A stretch of DNA of 64,000 nucleotides, taken from positions 68,884,001 through 68,948,000 of the forward strand of contig NC_086097.1 in NCBI RefSeq assembly GCF_963921235.1. Reading direction: 5' to 3'. The position numbers and the translations under genes are program-made. Under the pieces are notes generated by a model. The model worked only from the letters and a program-made list of their open reading frames with translations, searched no databases and had not been told where the DNA came from. This stretch comes from Mobula hypostoma. Lineage: Eukaryota. Of this stretch, positions 12,091 to 25,780 are shown in pieces; position 1 is the stretch's first letter, and the number at the start of each line of letters is the position of its first letter.

Positions 12091-15000
12091 TGCTCTTACA
12101 TTAATCTTTTCATTTCCAAAATAATTTGCATGAACCTACTGTGAACCCCCTCCAATGTCAGCACATCCTTTCTTAGATAAGGGGCCCAAAACTGCTCACG
12201 ATACTCCAAGTGAGGCTTCACCTATGCCTTATAAAGCCTCAGCAATACACCCTTGCTTTCATATTCTAGTCCTCTCGAAATGAATGCTAACATTGCATTT
12301 GCCTTCCTTAACACCAACTCAACCTACAAATTAACCTACAGGGAACCCTACATGAGGACCCACAAGCCCCATTGCACCTCCAATTTTTGAATTTTTTGCC
12401 TGTTTAGAAAATAGTCTACACTTTTGTTCCACTACCAAAGTGCTTGGCCATACACTTCCTGACACTGTTTTCCATCTGTTACTACTTTGCACATTCTTCT
12501 AATCTGTCTAAGTCCTTCTGTAGCCTCTCTGCTTCCTCAACACTACCTGCCCCTCCACTTCTCTTCACATTGCCAGCAGATATGGCCACAAAGCCATCAT
12601 TTTCCATCATCCAAGTTATTAATAAGGTAAAAAGAAGTGGTTCCAACACCGACCCCTGCAAAACATCTCTAGTGACTGGCAGCCAACCAGAAAAAGCTCC
12701 CTTTATTCCCAGTCTTTGCCTCCTGCCAATCAGCCAATTCTCTACCTGTGCTAGCATCCTGTAATACCATGGGCTCTTATCTTGTTTAGCAGTCTCATAT
12801 GCAGCACCTGAAAATCCAAGTACACAAGATCCACCGATTCTCCTTCGTCTATCCTCCTTATTACTGCCTCAAAGAATTCCAACAGATTTGACAAGCAAGT
12901 TTATTCCTCAAGGAAACCATGTTGACTATGGCCTATTTTATCATATGCCTCCAAGTACCCTGAGATCTCATCCCTAACAATCCATTCCAACATCTTCCCA
13001 ACCTCTGAGGTCAGGCTAACTGGCCTATAATTTCCTTTCTTCTGTCTCCATCCCATCTTGAATAGTGGAGAGACATTTGCAGTTTACCAGTCCTCAGGAA
13101 CCGTGCCAGAATCTAGTTATTCTTGAAAGATCATTAGTAATGCCTCCACAATCTCTTCAGCTACCTCTGTCAGAACCGTTGAGTGCAATCCATTTGGTCC
13201 AGATGACTTAACCATCTTCAGACTTTTCAGCTTCCCAAACACATTCTTCTTACTAACTGCAATTGTATTCACATCTGCTCCCTGACACTCTTGAACTTAC
13301 AGCATACTGTTTGTGTCTTCCACAGTGAAATAAGATGCAAACTACTTATTCAGTCTGTCCACCATTTTCTTGTCCCCCATTACTACCTCTTCAGTGTCAC
13401 TTTCCAGTGGTCCAATGTCTACTCTTGCATCCCTTTTACTTTTCATATACTGTATCTGAAAAACCTTTTGGTATCCTCTTTGATATTATTGGCTAGATTA
13501 CCCTCATATTTCATATTTTTCTTCCTTATGGCTTTTTTGTAGTTGTCTTCTGTTGGTATTTGAAAGCTTCCCAATCCTCTAACTTCTCACTAATTTTTGC
13601 TCTATTATATGCCCTCTCTTTAGCTTTTACGTTGTTTTTTGAGTTCCCTTGTCAGCCACGGTTGCGTCATCCTGCCTTTAGAATATTTCTTCTTCTTTGG
13701 GATATATCTACCCTGCGCCTTCCGAATTGCACCCTGATACTCCTGTCATTGTTGCTCTGCCATCGTCCCTGATAGTGTACCCTTCCAATCAACTTTGGCC
13801 AGCTCCTATCTCATGCCTCTGTACTCCCCTTTACTCCACTGTAATACTGATACATCTGAGTTTAGCTTCTCCCTCTCAATTTGCAGGGTGAGGTCTATCA
13901 TATTATCTTCACTGCCTCCTAAAGGTTCCTTTACCTTAAGCTCCCTAATCAAAACTGTTTTATTACACAACACCCAATCCAGCATAACTGATCCCTTAGT
14001 GGGCTCAACCACAAGCTGCTCTAAATCGCCATCTCGTAGGCATTCTACACATTCTTTTTCTTGAGATCAAGCACCAACCTGATTTTTTTCCAACCTGCCT
14101 GCATTTTGAAATCCCACATTGCCCTTTGACTAAACCATTTAGTTTCAATACAAATACAGTATTAGAGAAATCGAGTTCCTTTTGACTAAATCCAGTTGAT
14201 TTGAATGATTCTGTGTCCTTAACCTTCTGGTTAAAGTACTTCAAAGAGCTGATATTGGATTGATCTAAAATGGGAAGGTTAGAGTTAGATGATCCTCTAA
14301 CTCACAATATGTGCTTGTTTTGCTGTCAGATCTTCTGGAATATATAGCCCTGTTCACTGAGAAACCAATCATATTTCAAGAATTTTGCACTTTTACTTAT
14401 GCAGACACCTGGGGAAATAATTGCATCAGGAAACCTGTCAAAGAAAAAGTTAAGTACTTTTCCATTTTGATCCCCCTGTTATGAGACAGGTAACAGAAGG
14501 TAATGTCACTCTTATTGCTTTAGCTCATAGTCTTGGATTGAATACAAGCCTCAGTTATCAAGATTGCATCTTTCTACTGCCAAATATTTCCTTGGGAATA
14601 CCAGACTGATACATTGAACACCTTTGGGCATCATTATGACTTTAATACTTGGTCTCTTACAGGTGGCTTAAATACAATGCTGGCAGCTGAGTGGAGTGAA
14701 AGTAAGCTGAACAAAATCAATTTGAGCTTTCCAATTCCAAGTAATACTATACTTGTTGTAGTCTTAATAATAATTAAATCAACAATTAGACAGTGCTTTT
14801 AAGATATAGAAGTGCCTGCCCATTTCAAAATGGGAGGGTTTGAGGGGTAAAAGAAGTTTACGTTCAGGAGAAAGTAAAAAATAAGCACTGGTTAGGAATT
14901 AGTCCAACATTGATGTTGTTATGGTTAAAGTATGAGAGAAAATGGGACAATAAGGTTGAGATTGGATTAACACAGCTTCAATTGGATTGACAGGGCTCAA

Positions 15001-15759
15001 TCTAGCAAGGCTGGACTTCAAATGAACAACACAGAAAAAATGAAGTCGCCATCTTCCTTATCTCCAGTTTCCAGCATATACAATCTACTGTGATATTCAA
15101 TTTGCACCTACAATTTGTGAATAAATTTAGAAACAATTTAAAGGTATTGACTGCAGGGACTTAAAATCAGTACAGGTGCCAGCTGCTTGCTTTGATATTA
15201 AATTTGTTGACTATTCTAACTCTCTTGATTTATTACAAAAGCCTGAATAGCATCTATTTAGTCTGCATTTTCAAGGCTCTATATACCACATATATATATA
15301 CCATCAATTCCAACTCTCTGTCCTCTTTCATGATATTGGCACGTTCAGGTAGGCCTGAAACCAAAGGCATATCTGCTCCTGAGGAGCCCTCCTGTGCCAG
15401 GAAAGTGGCATAGAATGAGAGCACTGGGATCAAAGTACCTCAGTGGCTTCACACTTCTACTTGCAGCCTAAAGTAAGTCCATATATGTTCAGTTAACTCC
15501 AAAGAGTAAGATCCAGAAAACTACTTCAATTGCAATGATCATAACTCAGATATTCAGTTGACCTTAGACTTTGAACCCTTGCATCTATACTGTGCTCCTT
15601 ATTTCACAACTCATCTTCTTTGTATTATATGGGTGAAGGTAAAGATGACACACTCTGGATTTCATTTATCATAATTAAATTTGATACATGAGACTCAGCA
15701 GGTGAGTCATACAGATTACAAAAATAATACCCTTTCCATTTATGTCATTTCAAGACTCC

Positions 15760-15970
15760 CCTCATAGTCTCGAAATGACCCAAACACTCTGAAGCCAAAT
15801 GCCAACATTTGAAGTGTTGTCATTGTTGCAATCTAACAACTATAGCAACTAAATTCTGGACACCAGATAATTTATGTTAGTAATATTGATATTGTTTATG
15901 AGTAAGTATTTATAAACTTACCTTTAAGGTGAAAATTGAACTGAAATGTTGATCTGAATCTTCTGGGAAA
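15760..15970 (-). mobile_element. Old DeuSINE (SacSINE1/AmnSINE-like) remnant
   Basis: TTGAAGTGTTGTCATTGTTGCAAT resembles the reverse complement of the DeuSINE 3' region as recalled; highly diverged. Confidence 0.4.
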
Positions 15971-18900
15971 TGCTGGCCAAGCTGGGACTATATACCAACA
16001 TTTCTCTTTGTAAATGACACACAGTTTGGGAGACTGACAGGAATGCATAAATTCCAGACTTGCCACAGCACTTTGTCAATAATTCCCCAACCATGTTCTG
16101 ACATCAGACTTTTCCTGGAGTCCACAGGTAGAGAACAAACTTTTTCAAAAATGATACAGTACTGGGGAAACATTATTCATGCAGGTACAGAAAGTCCATT
16201 CATTTAAAGTATGAAAGTCCCAGGTGTATCTCAACCAATTTATATATTTTTACATAATTGAGCTTGTTTAATGTTTTCAATTGTTTGAAAATTTTTATGT
16301 TTTTTGATTTTTTTTACCTTTTTAATAATCGTGTTTCAAATTTTCATTGATTTTTGACAGGTTTTTTAATGTATTTATCAAAGATATTCAGGAATTTTAT
16401 AAGTTTTTTATGGGTTTCATGATATTCTAAAGTTGTCAAAATCTCTGCTGATGTTTTAGGGACAGAGCTTGATCTGGTTCACCCAGGTGACAGCATTAAT
16501 AAGAGGCAAGGCACCAAGGCACAAGGCACAGAACCTTGTAGGCTTGGGGAAGCAAATATCAATACTATTACATGTTCAAATTGATTATCCACATTCATCA
16601 CATAGGTTGAGAGAAACAAGAAAACCTGGCAAGAAAAATCTGCCCACATGCCTCATGAATCTACCATGACACTGATATTATGTAATTTTTTTTAAGATGG
16701 AGGCTAATTCTGCATGACAGGTAGGAAGTCTACTCTCCTAATGGCTAATTATGTATGTGCACAATCTGAGCACAAGATACAACAGCATCCTGAACACTTA
16801 GCACAAGATGTACAATCCATAATAATTTTAATTAAAATAACTGTGTGAAAATGGAATGTCTTTCTATAGAAATAAGAGTGGATTGCGTTTTGTTCAAATC
16901 AGAGCAATTTAAACTTCACTGCACCTTTTAATAGTTGGAAGTTATTCCAAAAAACTTCATAACAGTTCTTATCTTCATTGCATATTTCTTATTCAATATT
17001 ATGAAATATATTGAGTCCAAGTGTAGCAAGCATGACATTAATTAAACAAGTTCCTTTTTGGTAACTGAACTATTTTTGTCATCAGTCCCAGATAGATGAC
17101 GTTTATACAAAGTAAAAGTACAGTTTATAAGAAGCAAGTAAAGAGAGACGATAGTAGCTGTTGCAATATTGCAGCAGGATTATTTCCATCAGACCTTGTA
17201 ATCTAATTCACTCAGTGGATTCATTAAACAGCACCAGTTCTGCCAACCAGACACTCAACTAACCACAGAGGAAATAATCCTAATAACTGAAGATGGAGGA
17301 AAGCCTTGGATATGGCAGTCTCCTTCAGGAGCGTTTAATCCTGGCATGAATTTTATGTTTCAGGTATTGTTCCTGCCTCAGAAATGTATGCTTTCCTAAT
17401 ATAGAAAATTTCTCTCTGATTCCCTTAAAGATCCTTTGCTAAAAACAGATCAAATTAGTGTTACAAAAATATTATCTTTAGAGCTTTACAACTGATATTT
17501 AGCACTAATTGTCTTGCACTGTTAAATAAGCTCATGCCTAACAGGAATGGAAAAAAGTTATAACCCCATATTAGTCACTCAGTGGATTAAAAAAAAAGGC
17601 ACAGGAATGTACCACACAGAAGTACGCACGGTAAGGACCAGTATCTACCCTATATTCCAAGACTGGACTGGTAGCATTGTAGATTACAGCACTTTGAGGG
17701 GATGTGGAATTACCTTTCAAAATACAATGAGGATTTCTGTTTCCATTGCGCATTCAGACAGCAACACTTTGGTGAACAAAACAACTTCAACTCTTCCCTT
17801 ATCCTTCTGCTAACTGTTTTAGTGATCGCTTTTAAAACATAAAATGTGTCCTTTGTTCCTTTTGTCTCTGGGTTACTTCTTAATGTATCTTTAAGTTTTT
17901 TATATTCAAAATACTCACTAAGTGATGTTACCTATTTTTTCAGATGTACATTTATCCAATTATTAAAACTTTTCTCAATTGAGTAAAACACCATTGGCTC
18001 CAAGGTACCTATTCTCACCATGGATTTTTTGGACACTTCCCCGTAGCTGAACACCGAGTATCTTTGAGGTAATAAACAGAGAACTAGATGCAAAATTCAT
18101 CTACAATGATATTTTCAACATCACTTATATGAAAAAAAATTTCATGAGTCAAATAGGTTTTACTAATGCTGTTTCCTTAGCTGCTAAACCGAACTGTGCT
18201 GAAGAACCAGCAGTCAGACTGCACTCTTCCCTTGTCCTTATTGAGATCTGTAAATCTTGTGACCTCAGATACAACCTTATAATATTCTGAGTCTGCTTAA
18301 TCCTCACATGTCACAGATCTAGAGCTGTGCAGTACAGCAGCAGGTGCTTCGGACCAACATTTTCATGCTGATGACCAGCAAGACCCAGCTATACTGATCT
18401 CATTTACCAGGTTTCTGTGTCTTGATGATTCAAGTGCTCTCTATGTTATGACAGCTTTGTCCGTAGAAGTGAGGATCATTCAGCTTCACAGACTGATGAT
18501 CATTCCACAGGCTGCTACTGCTCTCTGCCACGTGTAGAACCATAAAAGTGCAGAACAATCCCATTCAGCCAATCGTATCCTGTGTCGGCCTTATGGGTTA
18601 TTAATCTTCATGCTTCTCCTTCATTGCACACTCTCCTCTGCTTAATAAGATTCAGGTGATTGAACTTCATCCACTTTACATGACCATTTTTCTGGTCCTT
18701 TGTGATTTCATAAATCTAACAAGTACAATCTACCAAGAACCTGGCTGATAAAATACTAGCAATGTAAGAAGACTCCATATAACAGTATCTAACATTCATA
18801 TCTACCAGCTCAGAAATGCCACTTCATGAGTACTGTTGTTAAGGGACAGGATCTGCAGGTGATGAGTTCTAGGACTGAGGCACCATCAAGATATTTTAGC

Positions 18901-19139
18901 ATCTTTCACCAATTTACTTTTTTGTGATTTTTGTTTGATTGGCAATTTAATGCCAATTGGATAAAAATCACTTGGAATTTGTACAGGAGATTCACCTTTA
19001 CAAAAATTGGGTTGAGATTGTACAATTTAGCATAATCACCTACTGAACAGAGAAAGTAAAATCAGTTCCATCATCTGAGCTCAATGTAAACTCTATGTCC
19101 AGAGCCAAAAGCATGATGATCATATCTACTAAATCCCTC

Positions 19140-19620
19140 AGTCACACATATCACAGAATGGCTACTCCATGGAAGGAGGTAATTTAGCCCATCAAGACTT
19201 ATGTAGATCTATGCAATAAAATCCAGCTAGCTCCGCTCCTCCGCTTTGACCAATAATCCTCTAAGTTGCTTCAAATCATATATTTATCCAACTCCATTTG
19301 AATCCGTCTTCACTCTGACCCCTGATAGTACATTTTATGTATGTTTCTATGTATGTTTTCTATGTATATTTCAGACCTTAACTACTTGCTGTGAAAAAAG
19401 CAACTATTCCTTGCATCATTCTTGGCAAATCATTCCTGAATTTTGATTTCTCCACCAATGGAAACTATTTATCTTTATCTACTCTGTCTGCTCTCTTCAT
19501 GTTTTAAAAAACCTTAATTAGATTTCCTTGCAAATAGAACAAACCCAATTTCTCCAATCTATTCACGTATCTAGAGTCTCCAATTACTGGAATCATTTTA
19601 GTCAAGCACTGGGAAAACCC
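19140..19620 (-). mobile_element. Very old CR1 3' remnant
   Basis: Weak colinear similarity to the 3' portions of other minus-strand CR1 copies. Confidence 0.5.
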
Positions 19621-22600
19621 ACTTCCGCATCAGTATTCAAAACTGACACACAAAGATACAATTCCTGAATCATTCATACATCAGAATTGAATCAAGGTTC
19701 CAGAATAAGAACTCTACTGATGCACCTGCCTGGTCCTTTTTGTCTGTCTGGCATTCACTCCCTTCTACTCTGCTTGAACTCTCTTTACTTATGGGGTGAC
19801 TACCTTCTGCAACATGCTATCCATGAATCCTCACAATGGACTGCAGAGATGTGGGCATGGTCTTAGCAATACCTTGCATAAGTGAAAAATAACATCCTTA
19901 CTTTAGTATTCAGTTCACCTCGCAATCAATTATACCATTCAATTAATGTTCTTAATTAATCATTGCAGAAATTGGATTGTTTCTTCTTGATTGCACAGCA
20001 TTCAGCTCGATTCATAATTCACGAGATAATGGTGCTACCCTGTCCCACAGCAACACCTAGGTTTGGTCATATACAGTACTTAGCAAGTAACATTTGTGCT
20101 TTACAACTGCAAGTTCTGATCATCTTGAACAAGAGCGAATTTAACCATATCCTCATGGCCTTCAATGGCATTATCATTGCTGAGATCTCGATTCTTAGTT
20201 GATCACCATATACCAAAAAATCAACTGCACCAGCTGCATAAGTGAAACTGCTACTCAAGGAAATGGAAATTCTGCGCAAGCAAGTACATCTCAGTTCTTC
20301 CCAAATCCTCACTAGCTCCTATCAGGCATAAATTAAAAGTATCATGGAATACTCATAACCTGCTTGAATGGCTGAAACTAAACCAAACAGTGTACTAAAC
20401 ATTACCAGTCTTCCTTTTCCAGTGCATACTGGAGTTTTTGATTGTCACTTCATCTTCCTGACTAAATAGCTAATTTACTATGTGACAAGAATAATTAGCA
20501 CTTTAGTAACTCAGCAAAACTTCCTTTCCAGCATCTTCCAAGGCCTCAGCAAAGAAGGAAACACGTGGGAGAGGGTTGAGAAGACATTCACTTCAAAATA
20601 GTCCTCCATAAAAAGGATATAAAAACATTGGACAAGGCACAAAAGTATCTACAATGATGGCCCCAGAGATGAAAGGACCCATCTACCTAGAAAGATAAAG
20701 AAGTCTGGATTCTTTCCCTGGAAAAAATAAACACTAGGAGTGACAATGACATTAAAATAATACAATAAATTGCTCAGATAAAATATAAGGAAAATCTAAG
20801 GACGACAATTTGCTCATCTATAAAGTCAGTGTGAAAATCAGGCAAAACCTCTTTTTTGGTGAAAGTTTGGCTTCAAAACTTAAAGTTAAATGATTAATTG
20901 TGAAATTTGCAATAAATAAGCTCGAAAATGAACAAAGAAGTAATTACTGCAAGAGTATACTTATGGAAAGATTAAATTAATTGAGAGAAATTTTGTGTGG
21001 AGTATAACACAAGCATAGAGTTGCTGGTCCAACAGCTAGTTCTGTGCAATAAAGCTCCAAGTAAGTTTGCATATCTTCCAGACTTGAGATATGCTGCCAT
21101 TGCTTCATGTCATAATCTTAGAAATAATTCCCTCAAGCAATATTGCAATTTAGAGCAAGTTAAAGTTCAATTCCAAGTTTAACTATCATTCAACCATACA
21201 TGAATACAGCCAAATGAAACAGCATTCCTCTGGGCTAAAATGCAAAACACATTACCAACAGCATACTGCACAAAGCACACAGCACAAATAGCATATATTG
21301 TTACGATTTCAGAAAGACATATAGTCCCAAAAAATAATATAGCTGAAGTCCCTGAATGGCCTGACTGTAGAATTGATGGTAAGTTCTTCCATAGAACGAA
21401 CTCTGGAAAGCAACATCAATGAACACCGGAGGGCAGCACTGATGGGAGTGGCCCACCATACAGCATCCATCAATACTTTTCCCAAGTACAATGAGGAATG
21501 GTCAAATAATATGTACGTTAACCAGCAATAGCCAACTCACGAACGAGTAATTGAGAAAATTTGCATAAATAAGGCTGAGAATGAATTTTTGCAACAAATT
21601 TAAGAGATGCATTGCTGGCTGATTCACTCAGAAACTCTCACATAGGATTCCATTAGTTTCTGTATTTTTCATATAATTTCAGTTTTCAACCTATTTCCCT
21701 ATCAAGGTTATTGATAGTCAACTAACATGGCATATGATGTGAGTACACAATATTTCTTCCCAAAACAGGAAAAACTAAATAAAACAATATGTTCCAAAAC
21801 AAAATGTTGGGTCTTTTGTCTTCTCATGACTTTCAAGTAGATTCACAGATTAAGCTGTTAATTGATTATTCCAACTTTCTTTATTTCTGCTGTCAAAACC
21901 ACAGCTGGTGCCACTTGCAGTGTGCATTTGTTTTCCTAACAGGTCAGACTCCCTGTAGCATTAATGGCATCTTGCCATTATAGTAAGGCACAATTTCTTC
22001 CCCTCCCCCACCCCACCCACCCCCAGATGTAAAACTTCAGTTCAAGGCACCATAATGCAAGTGAAATTTGTTTAGAGTGCTGGGTTAACTTGTGGAAATT
22101 GCTAAAAATGTTGGTTTAACTTTCCTTTTGGAGGTAGTTACAAATCTCATTAGGAAAGGATAAGAATGATGAAGCTGAATAATTTTCTTTCCTTGTTCCC
22201 CTCTGTGCACTAAGATGATTAGCCGTACACACCAACCGTTTCACATCAAACACCCTAAATGAACCTAGACTTAAAAACTCTCAAAAAAATTACATTAAAT
22301 ATTATTCTTTGACACAGGTCAGTTATGCAATGAATGGTCTTTTAAAGTATAACTCATTACATACCACCACTGAAATGTCTTTGCTATCTCCTGATAAACT
22401 ATAATCTTTAGTGTTCATGATCCAAGTTTAAACTTAACCAAAATATTTGGATTGATTATTTTAACAGAATTCAGGTTGCAGATTCTCAAATGATCAGTTT
22501 CCTTTTAAATCACAAGGCTTGTTCTCTGAAATGTTGTTTTAAATCATATTTCAATGATTTTTTTTAAAAAGTGATCACTAAAGGAAAAACCTGCCAAGCT

Positions 22601-24099
22601 CATATGTGAAGAAAGGCCAATTTGACAAGTTCCCAGATGTTGACGACAGTACTACTGCTGGCGAATTCCCAATTCACCAATGTTGATTGGCCTTCGCCAC
22701 ATTCAGCGAGACATAGCTGCATCTGGATCTATGCTTCTGGAGGGAAACAGCCATTTCAGGAGGAGGGAGGGAAACTGTTCCGGGAACACTTCTAGTGCCT
22801 AAAAGTTCAAAATGCATACAAAACAAATAGCATTACCAGCTCTAGTACTGAGTGTATCATTTGATGAGTTACACAGTTAGTTACTACTCGCCAAGTTAAT
22901 TTGTTGGAATAAAAATAAACTGATTCCTTTTTATAAGTGCAAGAAGACCAGACATTGTGAGTGAAATAAATATAATTAGCGATTTGCATTCAATATCTAA
23001 ACCATTAAAAATTACTCTGGGTTGTTTTAAAGTGGTTATCTTCAAACGAATGATCAATTTGAAAATCAGAGTCATCAGTATTTGTAATAGTTCCTTTGTT
23101 GATTTGGAATTTTTAGTTATAATAGCTTGCTACTTACAGGGAGATTGCGAGGGAGGCCATAACGGGCAAAGAAGCTGGCTGTGCCAAACATGTGGAGGCC
23201 CTGTCAAAATTAACCGCATGACCTTATCATTATTTCTTGAATCTGTTTACTGCATGGCAGTCAGCCAAACTGAAAGTCCAGTCAGTGGATAGGAAAGAAA
23301 ATTATCAGCAAGAGATTATACTAGGACATCACTGGCTTGAACCTCATGCAGTGCTGTAAAAATCACTTTCCTATTTGTCTTGCAGAGCTAGCAGCTCTCT
23401 TTTCAATTTCAATACACCAGTTCCCAATCCCCGGGAAACTTGTCTGCAGTAGTGAATTTTAAAGTCATAATTTCCCTTTGTGGCAGTCTTCCTTCACCCT
23501 TTTCTCCCTCCTGTTATGGGGGATAAACTTCAAGGATACTATTTTTCAGATATGAGTTACATTTCTGCAGCCTTTGTTAAAACTCTTACTGTCACTAGTA
23601 ACCTCTCAGCAGCAGTTATACTGTTTCCAGAATTTGCACTTTTTCATTAGAGACTGGTGTAAAGTTAGTGTAAGCAGTAGTATTAAAAAACGTCAAGGCA
23701 ATAACCTCAGCAATAAGCTAAGTCCCAAAACAAGCATAAATTCTGAAGTACTCAGCTGTTTTGCTTCAGAACCCCTATAACTTCACTACATTCCTTACCA
23801 ATACTCGAATGCTTTTTGTGCAGAAGTGCATGAATCAAGCACCACCCATGCCAGACAAGAAGAGGGTACTTACCATTTAGCACTACAAGTTATGACGTTG
23901 GACAATGAAACCATTATGCTTGCTCCAGCTTGTGATTGTCATTAAGCTGGATAGAATGATAGCCTGCATGATCAGCATGCGAGATGGCACCAGTGAACAA
24001 CGCGTCCCACGGCGACGTCCTGCTGACAATTCACGAAACTATTTCTTTTATTTGCAAATATGATTCCACTATTAAGCTGTGTGCAATTGGATTTACATT

Positions 24100-24692
24100 G
24101 TGATGGTGTGTTTTGGAGATGATTGAGTAGTCTGGCGCATTGCTGATTCCAAGAGAATTCGATGAAGTTTGTAGTGGAGTGTGTGATCTGGAGGTCTGGA
24201 GACAGGGTGCGAGCCCATGATCAACTCCACTGCTTCTCTCCGACAGGGGGTAAGTGCAGGAGTCTTGGGATCCACATTGGCAGGATTGATTGGCGAGGCT
24301 GTGGACTTGTTTCGGGGGACTTTGAGGTTCATGTCGCATATGTTCTTGAATTCTGGTTACTCTTTCTTCTACTGTTTTGGAACAGTTTGATTGGGGTGAT
24401 CGATGTGGACTGTGGCTCATAGAATGTCCCTGCAGGCCACATTGGCTAGCAGCGCTGAACTGAATAAAATGAAGACTACTGGTTGGATGTTAGATAATCT
24501 ATGCGTTGTTCGCTTGCTTTTTTGCTATTTGTGCAAATTGTTCTTTTTTTTTGCATTGGGTGTTTGATGTTTTCTTGAACGGGTTCTGTGGTGTTTCTTT
24601 GTTTCATGGCTGCCTGTGGGAGGACCAATCTCACAGTTGTATTCTGTACACATACTTCGATAATAAATGTATTTTGAATCTTTGAACCTTGA
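24100..24692 (+). mobile_element. Non-autonomous retroposon or LINE 3' region
   Basis: Ends in AATAAA plus a short-repeat tail (TTGAATCT TTGAACCT TGA), like the Rex/Babar-type tails elsewhere in the window. Confidence 0.5.
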
Positions 24693-24806
24693 TAACATCA
24701 CCAATGAATAGCTAATTCTCTCATACCCAGGACTGTGCAGAGTTTTTACAAAAAAAAATTCCAAGTTCAAAACCACATACAAGGTAATACTTCATGTGTT
24801 TAAACC

Positions 24807-25158
24807 CGGTGGTCCCCAACCTCCGGGCCGCGGACCAATACATTGCCGCGAAGAATGCAGCGGTGCAGCGGTGGCTGGGACGCACCCAGCACATCTTTCG
24901 GAAAAAAGCCAAAATAAACAAGCTAATTAATTAGGTGCCGCCCGGCACGTAAATGTCAGCCCAGATCAGAGGCGATTGCTGATTGTGTCTCCTCTGATCT
25001 GGGCCAACATTTACGTGCCGGGCAGCACCTATAATTAATTAGCTTGTTTATTTCAGCTTTTTTCTTAAAGATATGCTGGGTGCAAACCAGCCATCTCGGC
25101 ACCCCTGCAAGCTTCACGGCAATATATCGGTCCGCGGCCTGGAGGTTGGGGACCACTG
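24807..25158. mobile_element. Fold-back (fully palindromic) hAT-family MITE
   Basis: TIR C(G/A)GTGGTCCCCAACC; arms 24807-24972 and 24991-25158 are inverted copies; 8-bp TSD TTTAAACC/TTTTAACC with 1 mismatch. Confidence 0.9.
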
Positions 25159-25199
25159 TTTTAACCCTCTTCAATAGACAATTTACTGTAACTCTCACT

Positions 25200-25560
25200 T
25201 CGCCTATCTAGGGGGTGATAACACCCGGCCCAGCCAAACTTAAGAAACCTCATTTGGGTGGATGCTGCATGATGTGTCCCCTGTTACAAATCAGTACCCC
25301 AAAATAACAAACAGTACACAATATGGGATTAAACGATTAAGCTTTATAACACTTACTTTGACTATATGGTTATTAGAGAAACAAAATAAAAGAGATAAAA
25401 GGGGACAATCTTATTAAACAGTCTGTGCGCAAAGTAGGAGCTCACTCATAGGCCATTCACCATCGACCTCCTCCAATTGTTGCTGCCCTTCGGACCCTTG
25501 CTCCAAGTCCACCCTGTCCAGAGGTCTACCAAATCTCTCCATTCACGTCTTCTCTCATCA

Positions 25561-25614
<54 letters not shown>

Positions 25615-25780
25615 TCAACCGCTTATAGATTCACAAGACAGGGCATCAAAATCCTGATTGGCTAACATGCATAACCACAGTCCTGTTATCTCCAGCCATA
25701 ACCCAAACATTGCTGCTACAGAGAAACCGTTACTTCAGCATTGAACATTACAGAGAAGCCATTACAGCGCGTTACATTAC
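25200..25780. mobile_element. Probable LTR-like repeat containing a (CT)n(CA)n microsatellite at about 25563-25610
   Basis: TGTTACA...GTTACA bracketed segment; no TSD confirmed. Confidence 0.35.

Larger units (their letters stand above)
9835..14125 (-). mobile_element. CR1 LINE ORF2, degenerate, split by a Penelope insertion
   Basis: CR1 peptides at 9899-10093, 12482-12757 (WLPVT..VLQGSVLEPLLF) and 13806-14012; CR1 sequence resumes at about 12090 after the Penelope element. Confidence 0.85.
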
